From assembly GCF_006345805.1 (NCBI RefSeq), contig NC_043004.1, positions 49,290,001 through 49,354,000 of the forward strand: a stretch of DNA of 64,000 nucleotides, given 5' to 3'. Numbering within the stretch: the stretch's first letter is position 1; each line of letters begins with the position of its first letter. Shown in pieces: positions 13,661 through 27,433 of this stretch. The notes below the pieces were generated by a model. It was not told the DNA's origin and searched no databases. It worked only from the letters and a program-made list of their open reading frames with translations. Position numbers and translations under genes: made by a program. The DNA comes from Octopus sinensis (lineage: Eukaryota).

Positions 13661-15216
13661 ATTAAAGGAATTACAAAATTTGCAATTCACCGACCCAACT
13701 ATTTGTGTGTGCCAGGTATTCATAGGGAAACAGCGTGCATGAGGACTTTCTAATTTGTCAACAATTAAGCTGGGCATACGAATGAAGTGGGCCTATGAAT
13801 AATTGTATTAGTGTATGTACAATTGGTTTCTCAATAATGGTGTAGAAGAAGAAGAAAAGTGTAAGATTTCATGTAAAAGTTTGCAAAGTAGTGCATCGAC
13901 TTATATTCAATGATTGCATGATTCATCGAGAGGCATAATACTATCAATTTCATTGAAGGTCAAGCATTGAATAACTTTCTATTCGCCAATCTATAACCGG
14001 ATGTGAAATCTGAGTCAGCAAATGTTTACTATATGCAAAAATAGGAAGATAGTTAACAAGACATTTGAAGCCTGTAGTAGATTTATTTTCAAAAAATCAA
14101 AAAACCATAAAACAAGACGAAGCTATGTTTTATCAAAAAAGAAGTGGTATATATAGTATAATTCTTCATGATGAGTATAAATACATTGTGCTATTTGTTG
14201 GATAATTTTGAGGTGTTTTATAAACTTAATGCCGCTTTATAAGCTTGTAACGAACATTTTCACTATTGAAGGGTAAAAGTGAAGAGGTTATAAAAATAAC
14301 TTACAACAATATGCTGTACAAAATGATAAATTTGAAAATTTTCCGTGTGTTATTTAATGAAAATAATACAATTTTTGAATTAGTTTAAGCAAATTATAAT
14401 TGAACATTTGGTGCGTATCAAAAATCAGTTCAGAAAATATTTTCTTCGAGTTATAGACCACTGGGTTCACACTGAAGCAATAGAAAAACGGGAACCAACT
14501 CTCTTTGAAGGCTCAGTAACAATTAAGGGAGTTGAATGATTTTTGGCTGAATATCTACCGGAAGATAACCAGAAAATTTTCGGCCTATCAAAAAAGAGCG
14601 AAGTTTTGTATAATTCTGAACCTGGAATGCTGGAAATCGAATCTCCGACCATCATGCACGAATCAGTCTCTAAGGTTGATTTTCTTCTGATGACAAACGG
14701 CCTAGACTTGAAGGTGGATGACAGCCTGCAGTCAACTGCTTTCAAGAAGCTCAACGATCGACAATGGAAACAGTTAAGTATAAAACTGTCAACAAAATAC
14801 AAATTTTACCGAATAGCTGTGGTATCATGTCGTATTCTGCTGAGATCTATTCCCTGTAATGTCGATATATCAAAAAATTGATTAGCCATCAGTTTCACCA
14901 GGAACTACCCATAATGAACATATCTTGGCGAGACTACAACTCTAACCAGCGTGCAAAAATGCCTTGGGTTGTAATCCTCGTGCAGTTAGAGTTCCAACAA
15001 CTGGAATCAAAGATGAGCTGAGCGAGAGAAGTAATGCGTATGGGGAAGGGCACTAAGACCCCCCCCCCCCGAAGTGCTTCTACAGCAATATGAAATGTGG
15101 AAGCTGTCGAATATCGCGCACGAAACTCCGTTATAAGGATGTCATTACACGACACTTCAGTGAAGGGAATAGTCCGATTGCAACTGCGTGGGCGAAGACA
15201 GGGACTGACAGCTAAT

Positions 15217-15601
15217 TTGGAAGCACTCCGTCGGTTACGACGATGAGGGTTCCGGTTGATCCGAATCAACGGAACAGCCTGCTCGTGAAATTAACGTTTA
15301 AGTGACTGAGCAGTCCACAGACACGTGTACCCTTAACGTAGTTCTCGGGGATATTCAGCGTGACACAGAGAGTGACAAGGCCGGCCCTTTGAAATACAGG
15401 TATAACAGAAACAGGAAGTAAGAGTGAGAGAAAGTTGTGGTGAAAGAGTACAGCAGGGATCACCACCATCCCCTGCCGGAGCCTCGTGGAACTTTTAGGT
15501 GTTTTCGCTCAATAAACACTCACAACTCCCGGTCTGGGAATCGAAACCGTGATCCTATGACCGCGAGTCCGCTGCCCTAACCACTGGGCCATTGCGCCTC
15601 C
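15217..15601 (-). mobile_element. tRNA-derived SINE, family C, full length
   Basis: Head GGCGCAATGGCCCAGTGG...GGTTTCGATTCC; 13-bp TSD ACTGACAGCTAAT at 15204-15216 and 15602-15614. Confidence 0.9.
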
Positions 15602-15735
15602 ACTGACAGCTAATAATGGGGTGGGCTAAGAAGAAAAGAGAAGAAAGCGAGAGCAAGTTTCATTGTAGTCTGTCAACAATATTCTGCAATATCTGCGGTT
15701 ATGGTTACCACATATGTCATCTACAGTGAAAGGAT

Positions 15736-16100
<365 letters not shown>

Positions 16101-16369
16101 CCACGCGATATGGCTTAAAAAAAGGCAATGGTTTCCTGAAAATTAACGAAGAAGCAACAGTCAACACTGGTATCAATGTATTGGCTACTGAAAGAAAAAT
16201 ATAATACCAAATTTTTGATACGCACCAAATATAAAAACCGGAAGATTTGAAGGACATTTGAAAACTTCATAGCGAGAATTTATCTGTTGAAGAACCACAG
16301 GAATTAGCATGGCAATGCCATAAAATGAACCTGTCATGTGTGTCCGTTGGACTCACGAGGACCATCTTG

Positions 16370-16668
16370 TCAATGTTAAGGATGATTGATTGATGATTTG
16401 CACGCAGACTTAGTTTAAAATGAAGAAGAGTTGCACGCCGCCGTCAACCCCACTCTCTAGTCCGTGACCATCTTCAGTACAATAGCAAGATGTAGTCAAG
16501 ACGACTGGGGATGGAGACGGGTGCGGCAGATGACTAAGATGTCTTACTTGCTTTATCCCACAGTGCATTGCTGCAGCCACCTTCCACTCCGTTGAGCCAT
16601 AGCCGATTCTTCCGCAGAGTCCGCTGAATCCATTCTTCATGTGCACTGGTAGGCAAGTCCTAATATAT
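16370..16668 (-). mobile_element. Short RTE-related element (5'-UTR-like body, (ATCA)-like tail)
   Basis: Homologous to 38130-38400; motifs GTCAAGACGACTGG and GCTGCAGCC recall the antisense of RTE 5' regions. Confidence 0.45.
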
Positions 16669-16670
16669 CT

Positions 16671-17082
16671 GCGAGCTGGCAGAAACGTTAGCGCGCCGGG
16701 CGAAATGCTTAGCGGTATTTCGTCTGCCGCTACGTTTTGAGTTCAAATTCCGCCGAAGTCGACTTTGCCTTTCATCCTTTCGGGGTCGATTAAATAAGTA
16801 TCAGTTACGCATTGGGGTCGATATAATCGACTTAATCCGTTTGCCTGTCCTTGTTTGTCCTCTCTGTGTTTAGCCCCTTGTGGGTAGTAAAGAGATAGGT
16901 ATTTCGTCTGCCGCTACGTTCTGAGTTCAAATTCCGCCGAGGTCGACTTTGCCTTTCATCCCTTTGGGGTTGATTAAATAAGTACCAGTTACGCACTGGG
17001 GTTGATGTAATCGACTTAATCCGTTTGTCTGTCCTTGTTTGTCCCCTCTATGTTTAGCCTTCTGTGGGCAACAAAGAAGTAA
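16671..17082 (+). mobile_element. SINE family A, tandem dimer
   Basis: One A-box head followed by two B-box/core/tail units. Confidence 0.9.
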
Positions 17083-18290
17083 ATATATTAATTAACCCAC
17101 AGGTGGGACTTTGACAAGTACTATTACTCCGGGTCAGAGTAAACCTGGGAAACAAGAGTGGCGAAGAGATGGTTCTACACTTCACAAACCCCTGAAATTC
17201 CCATACAGGGCCCCACTACCTTATCGCCAACATTAAGGAAATCATATACGAATTTACTGAGAATGATTCTGACTGAGCGCAGCACCAAAGCTAATAGAGG
17301 TGTTGTGGATATTGAAGTCTTGCCACTATTTCACAGGAGAACATTCAAGAAAACTGAGACCTCATGAGATGCATTCTTCGAAAAGTAACTAATGTGCGAA
17401 GCAGAACCCAAGCTTGGACCATCATCTCAAATTTGACATTACCTTCTGAATTTACGGTACGACGGCTTATTTATTAAAGGTATTTAAGTTGATTAACATT
17501 TTCCCACCAAGTGCATTGTGCACCATATTAAGAATATAGCGTGGAGAGTCGCTGGTGACTTCTATAATATGCAAAGTATTAATTTAAACTGCTAAATAAG
17601 GCAGCCGACCAAAAATACTTAGCGGCATTTTTCCGTCTTTACATTCTGACTTCAAAACAGACTTTGCTTTTTATCCTTTCCGGATCGATGAAATGGCTAC
17701 CAGTCCAGTACTGGATGGATGTAACCGACTAACTCCTTCGTACAAAATATTAGGCCTTATTATGCCTGTAGTAGAAAGAATTTTAAATGTTTAATAATTT
17801 TACAATAACATTAACGCTTAATTCATAAAAATCAAACAAAAACTTGTTTCTGAATTTTATGACAACTTCGTATGACAATAACACCTTGTTTTGTGAAAGT
17901 TATCGAGAATTGTTATAGGAAAAATTGTGTTACAGTGAGCCTCTCCTAGACATATCACAATGCATATCACCTTATGTATCTGTTTCACTGTTAAAAATAG
18001 CCGCATAACTTCATTTATGCGATGTTATAATGTCATGCTAATGACGTCGTAAAAATGACCTTGTAACTCTATATATGCTATGCTACAATGATCTCACGAT
18101 GACCGCATAAAAATAACCACATAACTTTATATTGTCTTGGAATAAATCCATTAAAACCGCCTCTTAACTCAATTTATGCTTTGTTAAAATGACTAAATAA
18201 TCAACAAACATAGCGCTGTTTCCTTTAGCGATGCATTTTTTAGAAATGTTTCTCAAGTGCTATGATAGGTATTACTTGGTGTGTGTGTGT

Positions 18291-18336
<46 letters not shown>

Positions 18337-18469
18337 ATGTGTGTTTGTGTGTGTGTATGTGTGTGAAATAGTAAGAGAGAGAGATGGAGAAAGAGAGAGA
18401 GGGTATATATACATACATGCACGCACACACACACACACACTCACATACATGCCACAGATCCTCCCAAAA

Positions 18470-18607
18470 CTAGACACCCCTATCGGTCTTTGTTGCCGAA
18501 CCGCTAAGTTACGGGGACATAAACACACCAGCATCGGTTGTCAACCGATGTTGGGGGAGGGGGAACAAACACAGACACATGTACATATACATACATACAT
18601 ACATACA

Positions 18608-18638
<31 letters not shown>

Positions 18639-18810
18639 TTATATATACGTCGGGCTTCTTCCAGTTTCTGTCTACCAAATCCACTCACAAGGCATTGGTC
18701 GGCCCGGGGCTATAGCAGAAGACACTTGCCCAAGACGCCACGCAGTGGGACTGAACCCGGAACCATGTGGTTAGTAAACAAGCTACTTACCACACAGCCA
18801 CTCCTGCGCC
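18470..18810 (-). mobile_element. SINE family B, 3'-incomplete
   Basis: Head and internal microsatellite present. Confidence 0.85.
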
Positions 18811-18925
18811 TATAAATCAAGCCTTTCATGAAAGAGGAGACAATAATCGTCAAATTTAACCCGAACATCTTGTCATATATATGTATATATGTAAGTATGT
18901 ATATATGTATATATGTATATATGTA

Positions 18926-19300
18926 TCTCTTATTATAAAAGGCAGATTTTATCTGCCTCCCTTTGTCACTTATAGAAATCTACAATATAGGATTTCTTCA
19001 ATTACAATTTACCTAGCATTTTTAGGAGTAGAATGCATCGGGTCATGCCAGGTCCAGTTTTTAAAATTTAAACTCCAATTAAGCAAAATTTACAGAAAAC
19101 TCACATTCTGGTGTGTATGTCAAATGTTTTTCTTAGTCTGGTTTACAGCACACGCAAACGCACACACACAGTGTGCAACGAATAAAGTGAAACTAGATGT
19201 AATATTTGTTTCTGTCTATCACGCTGATAGATACATGAGTAAAATGTATGGCAAGCTAAGAGATAAGAGTGAGTGAAAATGTTCTTGGAAGAGAGTAAAT
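18926..19300 (+). mobile_element. Helitron-like non-autonomous element, 5' part
   Basis: Starts TCTCTTATTATAAAA with subterminal hairpin GGCAGATTTTATCTGCC; inverted homologue ends at 21001. Confidence 0.55.
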
Positions 19301-19383
19301 AGCGACAGAGTGATTTGAGGAAGACTAAACTGAAAGTATGAAACAGTGTTTATGTATAAACAGACGACACTTATATATAGTTA

Positions 19384-19741
19384 CTAGCAGTATCGCCCGG
19401 CGTTGCTCGGGTTTGTTTCGACCCGCTGGAATTGTAATTTTGAAAAGTAAAAATTTTGTGAACATTTTTCTGGACGAAATACACCGAAAAGTGGCGACAC
19501 AGCAGTGAAAAAATCGTAAAATATAGGGATTTTCATAGAAAAAAGCAGCTTTTTGATGTAAATAATTTTTGGTGTTAATATGGTCCGATTTGAATTTTAT
19601 GTTATACGGAAGGAAGAGCAACACTTCTTCTATCATACTCTCAATTTTGGTCAACTTGCGCCGCAGGTTCTCGGAGGAGATAGTGTTAGTTGAAGGTTAC
19701 CAAACGTGGCGCATACAGACAACTTCAGCTTTATATAGAGA
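19384..19741 (-). mobile_element. Non-autonomous Helitron
   Basis: A|TC 5' end; 3' hairpin CCCGAGCAACGCCGGG followed by CTAG|T. Confidence 0.85.
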
Positions 19742-19959
19742 TAACACACACACATTAATACACATACATAGACACACACACACATGTATGTATGGATGTA
19801 TATATGTACATCTGTCCACTTCTTGCAATATTTTTATCCTTCACTTCCTACACACACACACACACACACACACCTTATTAGCTTACAATTTCTTTCTGTC
19901 AACAATTGACAACAGAAGTACGCTCGCCAAGTAATACTACCAAAATTTAACGACAGAAA

Positions 19960-20741
19960 GTAAATAAAAAACCAATTTACCTTTTCTGTATTGTTATGGC
20001 AATTCGACCATCGGTGTGTTTTTGCAAATGTGTTCGAATGAGAAGTGAGTTGTGTTTGGCGCCTTTTTTACTAATAACAAACACACACGTGTTTGTATGT
20101 AGTTGTTTGAAACGTTTGTGTTTGTCACTGTCATATATGTATGTGTATGCGTGTGTGTGAGGAATGGCAAACCAGATAGATAGCGCGCGAAGTTCTTTTG
20201 AAGTTCGCGCTCCGCTTGTGTGTGTGTGTGTGTGTGTGTGCGTGCTTTAGGTGTACGTAGGTATGTGTACTCTCTCTGTCTCTTTACACACACTAACGAA
20301 AGCACTTCACTTACACACCACACTTTCTGTGTCGCACACCCCATCAAACACACACACACACTCACGCACGCACACATGTACATCAATGCTTTTGGAGTGA
20401 AATGTTAAAATATTGAGTTTTCTCGAATTTTGTCTTAATTGGGGGTGAAATTGAAAGAAATTTTGTATGTCATGACCGAATGGAAGTACTTTGAAAAATC
20501 ATAGGTAAACTCTATTTGAAGAAATTGTGTGAGGAGTAAATCGTTATGTATTTATTTGTTTCTGTTTGCTGTGTTTTTTTTTAGTAGTGGTTTAAGGTAC
20601 ACTTGCAAAGAGAAAGTGGGAAAAATTAGGGTGATAGCATGAGTGATCCGTTTTATATAAATACTTTCACTTTAATCGTTGCACACTTGCAAAGAGAAAG
20701 GAGGAGAAATTAGGGTGATAGCGTGAGTGAAGCAGATCGCT

Positions 20742-20782
<41 letters not shown>

Positions 20783-21001
20783 AGCCCACACTAAGAAAAG
20801 CACTTCACTTACACACCACAATGTGAGTTTTCTCTAAATTTTGCTTAATTGGGGTTGAAATTTTAAAAACCGGACCTGGCACGACCCGATTTATTCTACT
20901 CTTAAAAATGCTAGGTAAATTGTAATTGAAGAAATCCTATATTGTAGATTTCTATAAGAGACAAAGGGAGGCAGATAAAATCTGCCTTTTATAATAAGAG
21001 A
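19960..21001 (-). mobile_element. Helitron-like element, inverted homologue of 18926 (left boundary approximate)
   Basis: 20820-21001 is the reverse complement of 18926-19110. Confidence 0.55.
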
Positions 21002-21018
21002 TGTATGCATCCGTTTAA

Positions 21019-21335
21019 CCCTTTCGTTACCAAACCGCCCGAATTTACCTATTCATATTTAAATGAGAATATCAGAGTAAATCTCTTTAGTACATTCGTG
21101 AAAACCCGTATTATACTTCGTAAACACTTCAAATACAGTTTTGTACAAAAATCGAAGTGTAATTTTAATTCCGTGAATTATGGGAGATTTTTTTCCGAAA
21201 TTTGTTCCTATTGTGTTTTCAAAATTTGTAATTCTGACAAAAAATGGATACGAATTTCATTATATCAAGCAGCGAGTCAGAATTCGAAGGATTTTCTACT
21301 GAAGACCTTCATAAATCTAACTCTATGACTGAAAA
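21019..21335 (+). mobile_element. piggyBac-like 5' fragment
   Basis: TTAA|CCCTTT start; acidic N-terminus MDTNFIISSSESEFEGFSTEDL at 21244. Confidence 0.5.
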
Positions 21336-21344
21336 GAAAACCCA

Positions 21345-21739
21345 TCTTTATATAAGAGTGAAGTTGTGTGTCTGTCTCCTACGATTTAGATTCGTAACTA
21401 CTCCCACATTTTGCGGTGCAGTTTAACCAAAAGCGGGTATCTTATAGTCGTGATTCATATCGAGCCCTTCTGGGTATTAGCGCGCGTCTACGATGAGTCT
21501 ACGATTTTAAAAAAATTTACCATCATATTTTTCCATTTTAATGCATTTTTTTCGCTTTTATATAAGGGAAGTAACTCTCTAAAAATATCTACGATGTGTC
21601 AACGATTTAAAAAAAATTTACCTTGATTTTTTTTCAATTTTTAATGCATTTTTTTGCTATTTTTTGGCTATAACTCTCTAAAAAGGCTTATATAGTTATT
21701 TCCCTTACAAACCCGAGCAACGCCGGGCGATACTGCTAG
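21345..21739 (+). mobile_element. Non-autonomous Helitron
   Basis: A|TC start, 3' hairpin and CTAG|T end; homologous to 42685-43351. Confidence 0.9.
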
Positions 21740-21745
21740 TGTATG

Positions 21746-21779
<34 letters not shown>

Positions 21780-22041
21780 TGTATGTATGTATGTACGTAC
21801 GTACGTATATATGTATGTATGTATATAAGCATGCATGTGTGTGTGTGTGTATCGATCGATCGATAGATCGATAAATGTGGCCAGTTTCTGTGGCTACCCA
21901 GAGTTTCACATCCATAAAACGGCTAGCTTTACAGCTTTTCTTAAGACCCAAAAGCCATTAGCCTATGGTCTCTCTAGCAATATATATGTATATATATATG
22001 CTCCAGCATGGCCGCAGTTAAATGACTGAAAAAAGTAAAAG

Positions 22042-22083
<42 letters not shown>

Positions 22084-22136
22084 CAGAGTTTGTGTGTGTG
22101 TATGTTTGTTTGTTTGTGTGTGTGTGTGTGTGTGTG

Positions 22137-22169
<33 letters not shown>

Positions 22170-22558
22170 CGCGTATGTTCATTATGCATTCGAAAACTTA
22201 GTCACCGATTTTGACGTATGGGGTATCAAAAGATTCAGTAATCTTTCGGCTACCAAACAAACTTTATCTTCATTTACATATTTGCATTATAAAAATTTAA
22301 CATTATTATCTTTTAGACAACATTTTATACGACGAAGACGATGACCACGATGACCACCATGACCACGATGATGATGATGACCACGACGACGTCACATTTT
22401 CTATATGAGTGTGTATGTGTTTGTCAGTGTGTGTGTGCTTGCGCGTTCGTTACGTACGTTAGGCCGATAACTGAGAAGTATATGTGTGTGAGTGTATGTG
22501 AGGGTGTGTGTGACTGTCAGTATACAAACATTTTTGTGACTGTCACACATACACACAA

Positions 22559-22598
<40 letters not shown>

Positions 22599-23689
22599 CT
22601 ACATACACGCACACACATCTAAAGACAGATACAGACACACAAACGGACAGAGATAGGCCTGGAGGTGTGCGTGAATGTATGTCTGTGTGTGTCTGTACCA
22701 CCCAACAGTGAAACGCGCCGATTTTGAAAGGGTTTAGTTTAGTTGCGGCCTGGACGTTGAAGTACCACTGTTTAGATTTTCATTTTCTTGTGGAGAGTTG
22801 CGGTTTAAAAACAGCATTAACGATTATCACTACTTATGTGCTGAAATTTTATTCTGGTTTTTATAACCAACATGAAGATTTGGATGATTTGACAGCATTC
22901 ACAACACTTGCAATTATATCTGAAAAAAAATTTATTGTGGTTATTATAACAAATTCGGAAACTTGGCGAAGTAGAAAGCCTTAGCGGCTCTTTCAGAATA
23001 ATCACAGAAATGTTATTCCAGTTCTTATAACTAGTTTGAAGACAATCCTTTTTTTAACAGTCCTAGCGTTCTTATCGTATTTCTGCTATGCTGCTTCAAC
23101 GCCGCCTTACCTTTTTACTGCGTTAGTCAGTATTTATTCTACAGCCTATAACCTTACAGCAGTTAAAATATATATTAAGTGATGTCAAATTAATTTATTT
23201 CTTGTTACATACATCCTTCAGCAAATGTTTTAAATTAATTAAAGTTCACAACAGCAACATATCCCTTGTTTACACTTTGTTCAACGTTCATTTAAAAGTT
23301 GTAAAATAATAAATTTTGTATGAAAAATTGAATTATGCCTTCTGAATTTTCTTGGAGCTTGACTTTCTTCACCGTGACATTCACTCTTGAATTTTATAAC
23401 ATTTAGTACATGTTCTAAATAAATGTCGACTTTCTGTACTTTTTTACATGGTGACGCATAGAATTTTTTGCTAAATTGGTGACTTTCCGACGCTGGAATA
23501 TTTCTTTTGAAACTATTCCCTGAAAAAGTTCTTTTTGTATAACTATGCTACAGAAAGTATGTTTTACACCTATATTTAAAACGTTTCGTTTCGCTTGAAC
23601 TTCGTGTGTGCGGTTTGTTGCTTTCAATATTCATCAATTCTATGAGCGTGTTTGCTTCCGCGTTCGTTACGTCTATAGTAAACTATAGC

Positions 23690-25546
23690 AAAGGACATTT
23701 TACGCCGTTTTAATGAGCCAACATCTTATGAAGTAGCCATCCTTATGGTAGATGATCCCCATGAAAATTGTGATATTCTCATTCGTGTTTCAGAGACTCA
23801 TCTTCTTATGATGCTCTTCAGTGTCCTCTTATTGTATGGAATGGACAAGATGGGTACCATTTTAATATTCCTCGGATTGAACCTGCAACAGGAGAGCCAA
23901 TTACAAAGAAAAAGATGTCGTCAAATGACTTCTATTCCTACCATCTGATGTTAAGACCAGAACAATCAAATCAATTACACACGTATCGTGATCTATTTCA
24001 GCAATACCTGGTTGATATGTATACTAAAGCTGAGAGTTAGCGTCTCCTCTACATTCATAACAATCAAAAAAAGTTAAGGGCTAAAAATTATGTTCATCTC
24101 CAAGATGCTCTGAGGACGGATGGTGATATTCAAAACATGGGGCAACTTATGATCCTCCCACCATCATTCACATGTGGTCTTCGATATATGCACGAACAAA
24201 CACAAGATACTATGACATATGTCAGGACATGTGGAAAACCAGGTCTTTTTGTCACTTTTACCTGCAATCCTAAATAGGAGGAAATAAAATCTAATCTTCT
24301 TCCAGTGTTGCATCTTCTGGTATTGCAGCTACCCTCCTCAATAAGGGAAGAACTGCTCATTCCATATTCAAGCTCCCTCTAAACCTTGCAATGAAAGAAT
24401 CTCAAATGTGCAACATTTCCAAGAACTCTGCAATGGAAACAGTTCTCCAACAAACTTGTCTCATTGTTTGGATGAGTGCCCTGTCACATCGTGGGGCTCC
24501 AGAGGTACTTGACCGTACCCTCCAAGACATAAAAAAAACAATAGCACGCTCAAGGGAGGAGTAACAATTCTTCTTGCAGGAGATTTTGGTCAAATGTTGC
24601 CAGTTATTCCAAAGGATCAAAAGCTGATGAGGTCAATGCATGCTTTAAAAAATCGTACTTTTGGAGACATGGGAAAAAAACTTCATCTTACAAGAAACAT
24701 CAGAGTACTTCTACAAGGTGATCATACGAGCTTCTTAAGACTGGTAATGGGATATTAACATTCAACTCAAGAGTTCAGCTACATGAAATTACATGCGGTC
24801 AAATGATACTTTCTCTTAGGGATCTTATGGATAAAGTATTTCCTAATTTATCTGTCAATTACGCTGATGCAAACTGGCAATGTGAAAGAGCTTTTACTAG
24901 CTCCAACTAATGAAATGGTTGATAAACTCAATCATGAACTTCTTTAAAAGTTAACAGATACGTCAGAAATGACTTTTCGATCAATTGATATCAGTCGATC
25001 AAGATCAGGTTGTTCAATACTCTATTGAAATTCTGAACACATTTAAACCCAGTGGGATGCCACCGCATAACTTGACACCTAAAACTGGGTGCTCCAATAA
25101 TGTTGCTTAGGAATCTTGACCCAACTCACCTATGTAACGGAACTCGCTTAATTGTTACTTCCATGAAGCCTCATGTCCTACAGGCAACAATCATAACACG
25201 TAATAACAAAAGAGAAAAGGTCTTTATTCCAAAAATTCCTCTTATACCTACAGATGATCCATTTGAATTTAAGACGCTTCAGTTTCCAATCAAACTAAGT
25301 TTTTGTATTTCAATTTGCAAATCTCATTCCCTCAAGATAGTTGCACTTGATCTCCGTACTACATGCTTCTCCCGCGGCCAACTCTATGTTACTTGATCGC
25401 GAGTTGGAAGTGGCAACAATTTATTCATTTCATCACGAACAAAAAATTACGCATGAAATAATTATGAGAATATAACTTTATATTTATTGTTTACTAATTT
25501 GAACAAGTATACCCGTAGCCCGGGCAACGCCGGGCCATTCAGCTAA
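23690..25546 (+). pseudogene. Internally deleted Helitron RepHel relic (helitron-like N-domain plus Pif1 helicase) with 3' terminus
   Basis: YDALQCPL..W.GQDGYH, FQQYLVDMYTK, GKPGLFVTFTCNPK; then GRTAHSIFKLP, IVWDE, LAGDF.QMLPV, MLLRNLDPTHLCNGTRL, FSRGQLYV; hairpin GCCCGGGCAACGCCGGGC then CTAA at 25543-25546; stops and frameshifts. Confidence 0.92.
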
Positions 25547-25635
25547 TATATTTATGTGTGTATGTGTGCGTGTGTGCGTGTGTGCGTGTGTGTGTGCGCG
25601 TGCGCGTGTGCGTGCGATGTGTGTGTGTATGTGAA

Positions 25636-25946
25636 GGCGTATGGCTCAGTGGTTAGAGCATCGAGCTTACGATCGTGAGATTGTGAGTTCGAATCCCGGA
25701 CCGGGTTGCGTGTTGTGTTTCACGTTGCTCCAGTTAGCTCAGCCGTAGAAATGAGTTGCGACATCACTGGTGCCAAGCTGTATCGGCCTTTGTCTTTCCT
25801 TTGGATAACACTGGTGGCGTGGAGAGGGGAGGCTGGTATGCATGGGTGACTGCTGGCCTTCCATAAACAACCTTGTCCGGACTTGTGCCTGGGAGGGTAA
25901 CTTCCTAGGTGCAATCCCATGGTCAGTCATGTCCGAAGGAGGTCTC
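25636..25946 (+). mobile_element. tRNA-derived SINE, family D
   Basis: GGCGTATGGCTCAGTGG...GAGTTCGAATCC head; related copies at ~35045-35190 (+) and ~38555-38735 (-). Confidence 0.8.
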
Positions 25947-26325
25947 AGCAGCTCAGCATATATATATATATAAAAGTCATGTGTTGAATGTAATTCCTAT
26001 CAACTATCGTTTTTCTGTGAGAGAAATGCTGTTGAAATGTCAGAGGAAATTTGCCGATTCATGTTCGAATCTACTCTATGCCCAAATATATACATACATA
26101 CATACATACATATATATATATTCAACACATGACTTTGCCAAGTCAATTTATGTCTCTTTCACTTAAACTTTTAACCTCTTTTACGCCATAAAAAAAGTTG
26201 AAATAGATAAGGGGCGACCTACATTAATCTATCCATTGTTTAAACGATATATCTCTTTTTCTGGCTGGTCTGTATTCTTATAAAAACAAATTGGTGGAAA
26301 GCTAACGCCAGAGATACCCAGAAAC

Positions 26326-26739
26326 GGAACTTTTCGGTTTGAACGGCAATTTTTTCTAGCGGTGTCATATGAAATTGTCACCCATAATTATGACCCTAGT
26401 ATCGATCTTTTGCATTTCAATCTGTTTTAGGGTTAGGGTTAGTTAGGGTTAGGGGTTGAGGGAAGAGTATCTTTTTTCTTCACAAATCTGTTTCTTAAAC
26501 GAGGGACATATTCATACGGCACAGAATGTTTTTTACTTCAATAGACGTCATTGATTGGTTGAAATTCCAGAAATTGAAGAAAGAAACAACAACAAATATC
26601 TTACAAACCATAGAATTTTCTCAATAAAGCCAAGAGAAAAAGATATTTTATCAACACATTCTACCAGTATACGAAGTTTAAAGGTGTTTAGTTACGTGGA
26701 AATTATTTTAAAAAACAGCCGTTCAAACCGAAAAGATCC
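26326..26739. mobile_element. MITE with 22-bp TIRs and internal (TTAGGG)-like tract
   Basis: GGAACTTTTCGGTTTGAACGGC / GCCGTTCAAACCGAAAAGATCC. Confidence 0.75.
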
Positions 26740-27135
26740 CCACCCAGAAATGGCCAGAAATGGCCAGAGACGACCGCAGGCAGACAGCCACTGGAGGCTG
26801 ACGGCCAAACAATCGGCCGCCTATGATGCAACTTACCTCTGCTCTCTCTCACTCTCATTTGCTGATCTTTCTCTTCAAACAAACATCACTCTATCTACCT
26901 TTTTCCTACTACTGGAATGGCAAGTACATGTACACACTTATACAAGGAAAAATTAACTCATGTGTGGCTGTACATTAAGTAACGGTACATAAAATTTGGA
27001 GCCAACATCCATTTCGACCACTGTTCTTCTTTCTCTTCATCAACATCATCAACATCATCACATATAACAGACCGTTACAACTGGTGACTCCCGCCCGCAT
27101 CCGACTCAAATACTTATCGTTACATACGCACACAC

Positions 27136-27220
<85 letters not shown>

Positions 27221-27223
27221 GTG

Positions 27224-27390
27224 CAGGTGTGGTTGTGTAGTAAGAAATTTACTTTCCAACCACATGGTTCCAGGTTCAGTCCCACCGCGTGGCATCTTAA
27301 GCAGGTGTTCTAGTCTCCTATACTATATAGCCTTGGGCTAACCAAAGCCTTGTGAGTGGATTTGGTAGATGGAAACTGTAAGAAGACAGC

Positions 27391-27392
<2 letters not shown>
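27224..27392 (+). mobile_element. SINE family B, 5' half (3' half at ~29110-29325)
   Basis: Head through GAAAC..AAGAAG; 3' half resumes 1.7 kb downstream. Confidence 0.7.
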
Positions 27393-27432
<40 letters not shown>

Positions 27433-27433
27433 T

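Noticed and set aside
23300-23690. Possible 5' part of the Helitron RepHel
   Set aside because: No recognisable motifs or TC start in the right orientation
25636-25710. Possible true tRNA gene (also the heads of SINE families A-C)
   Set aside because: The head runs directly into a SINE body, with no complete acceptor stem or terminator
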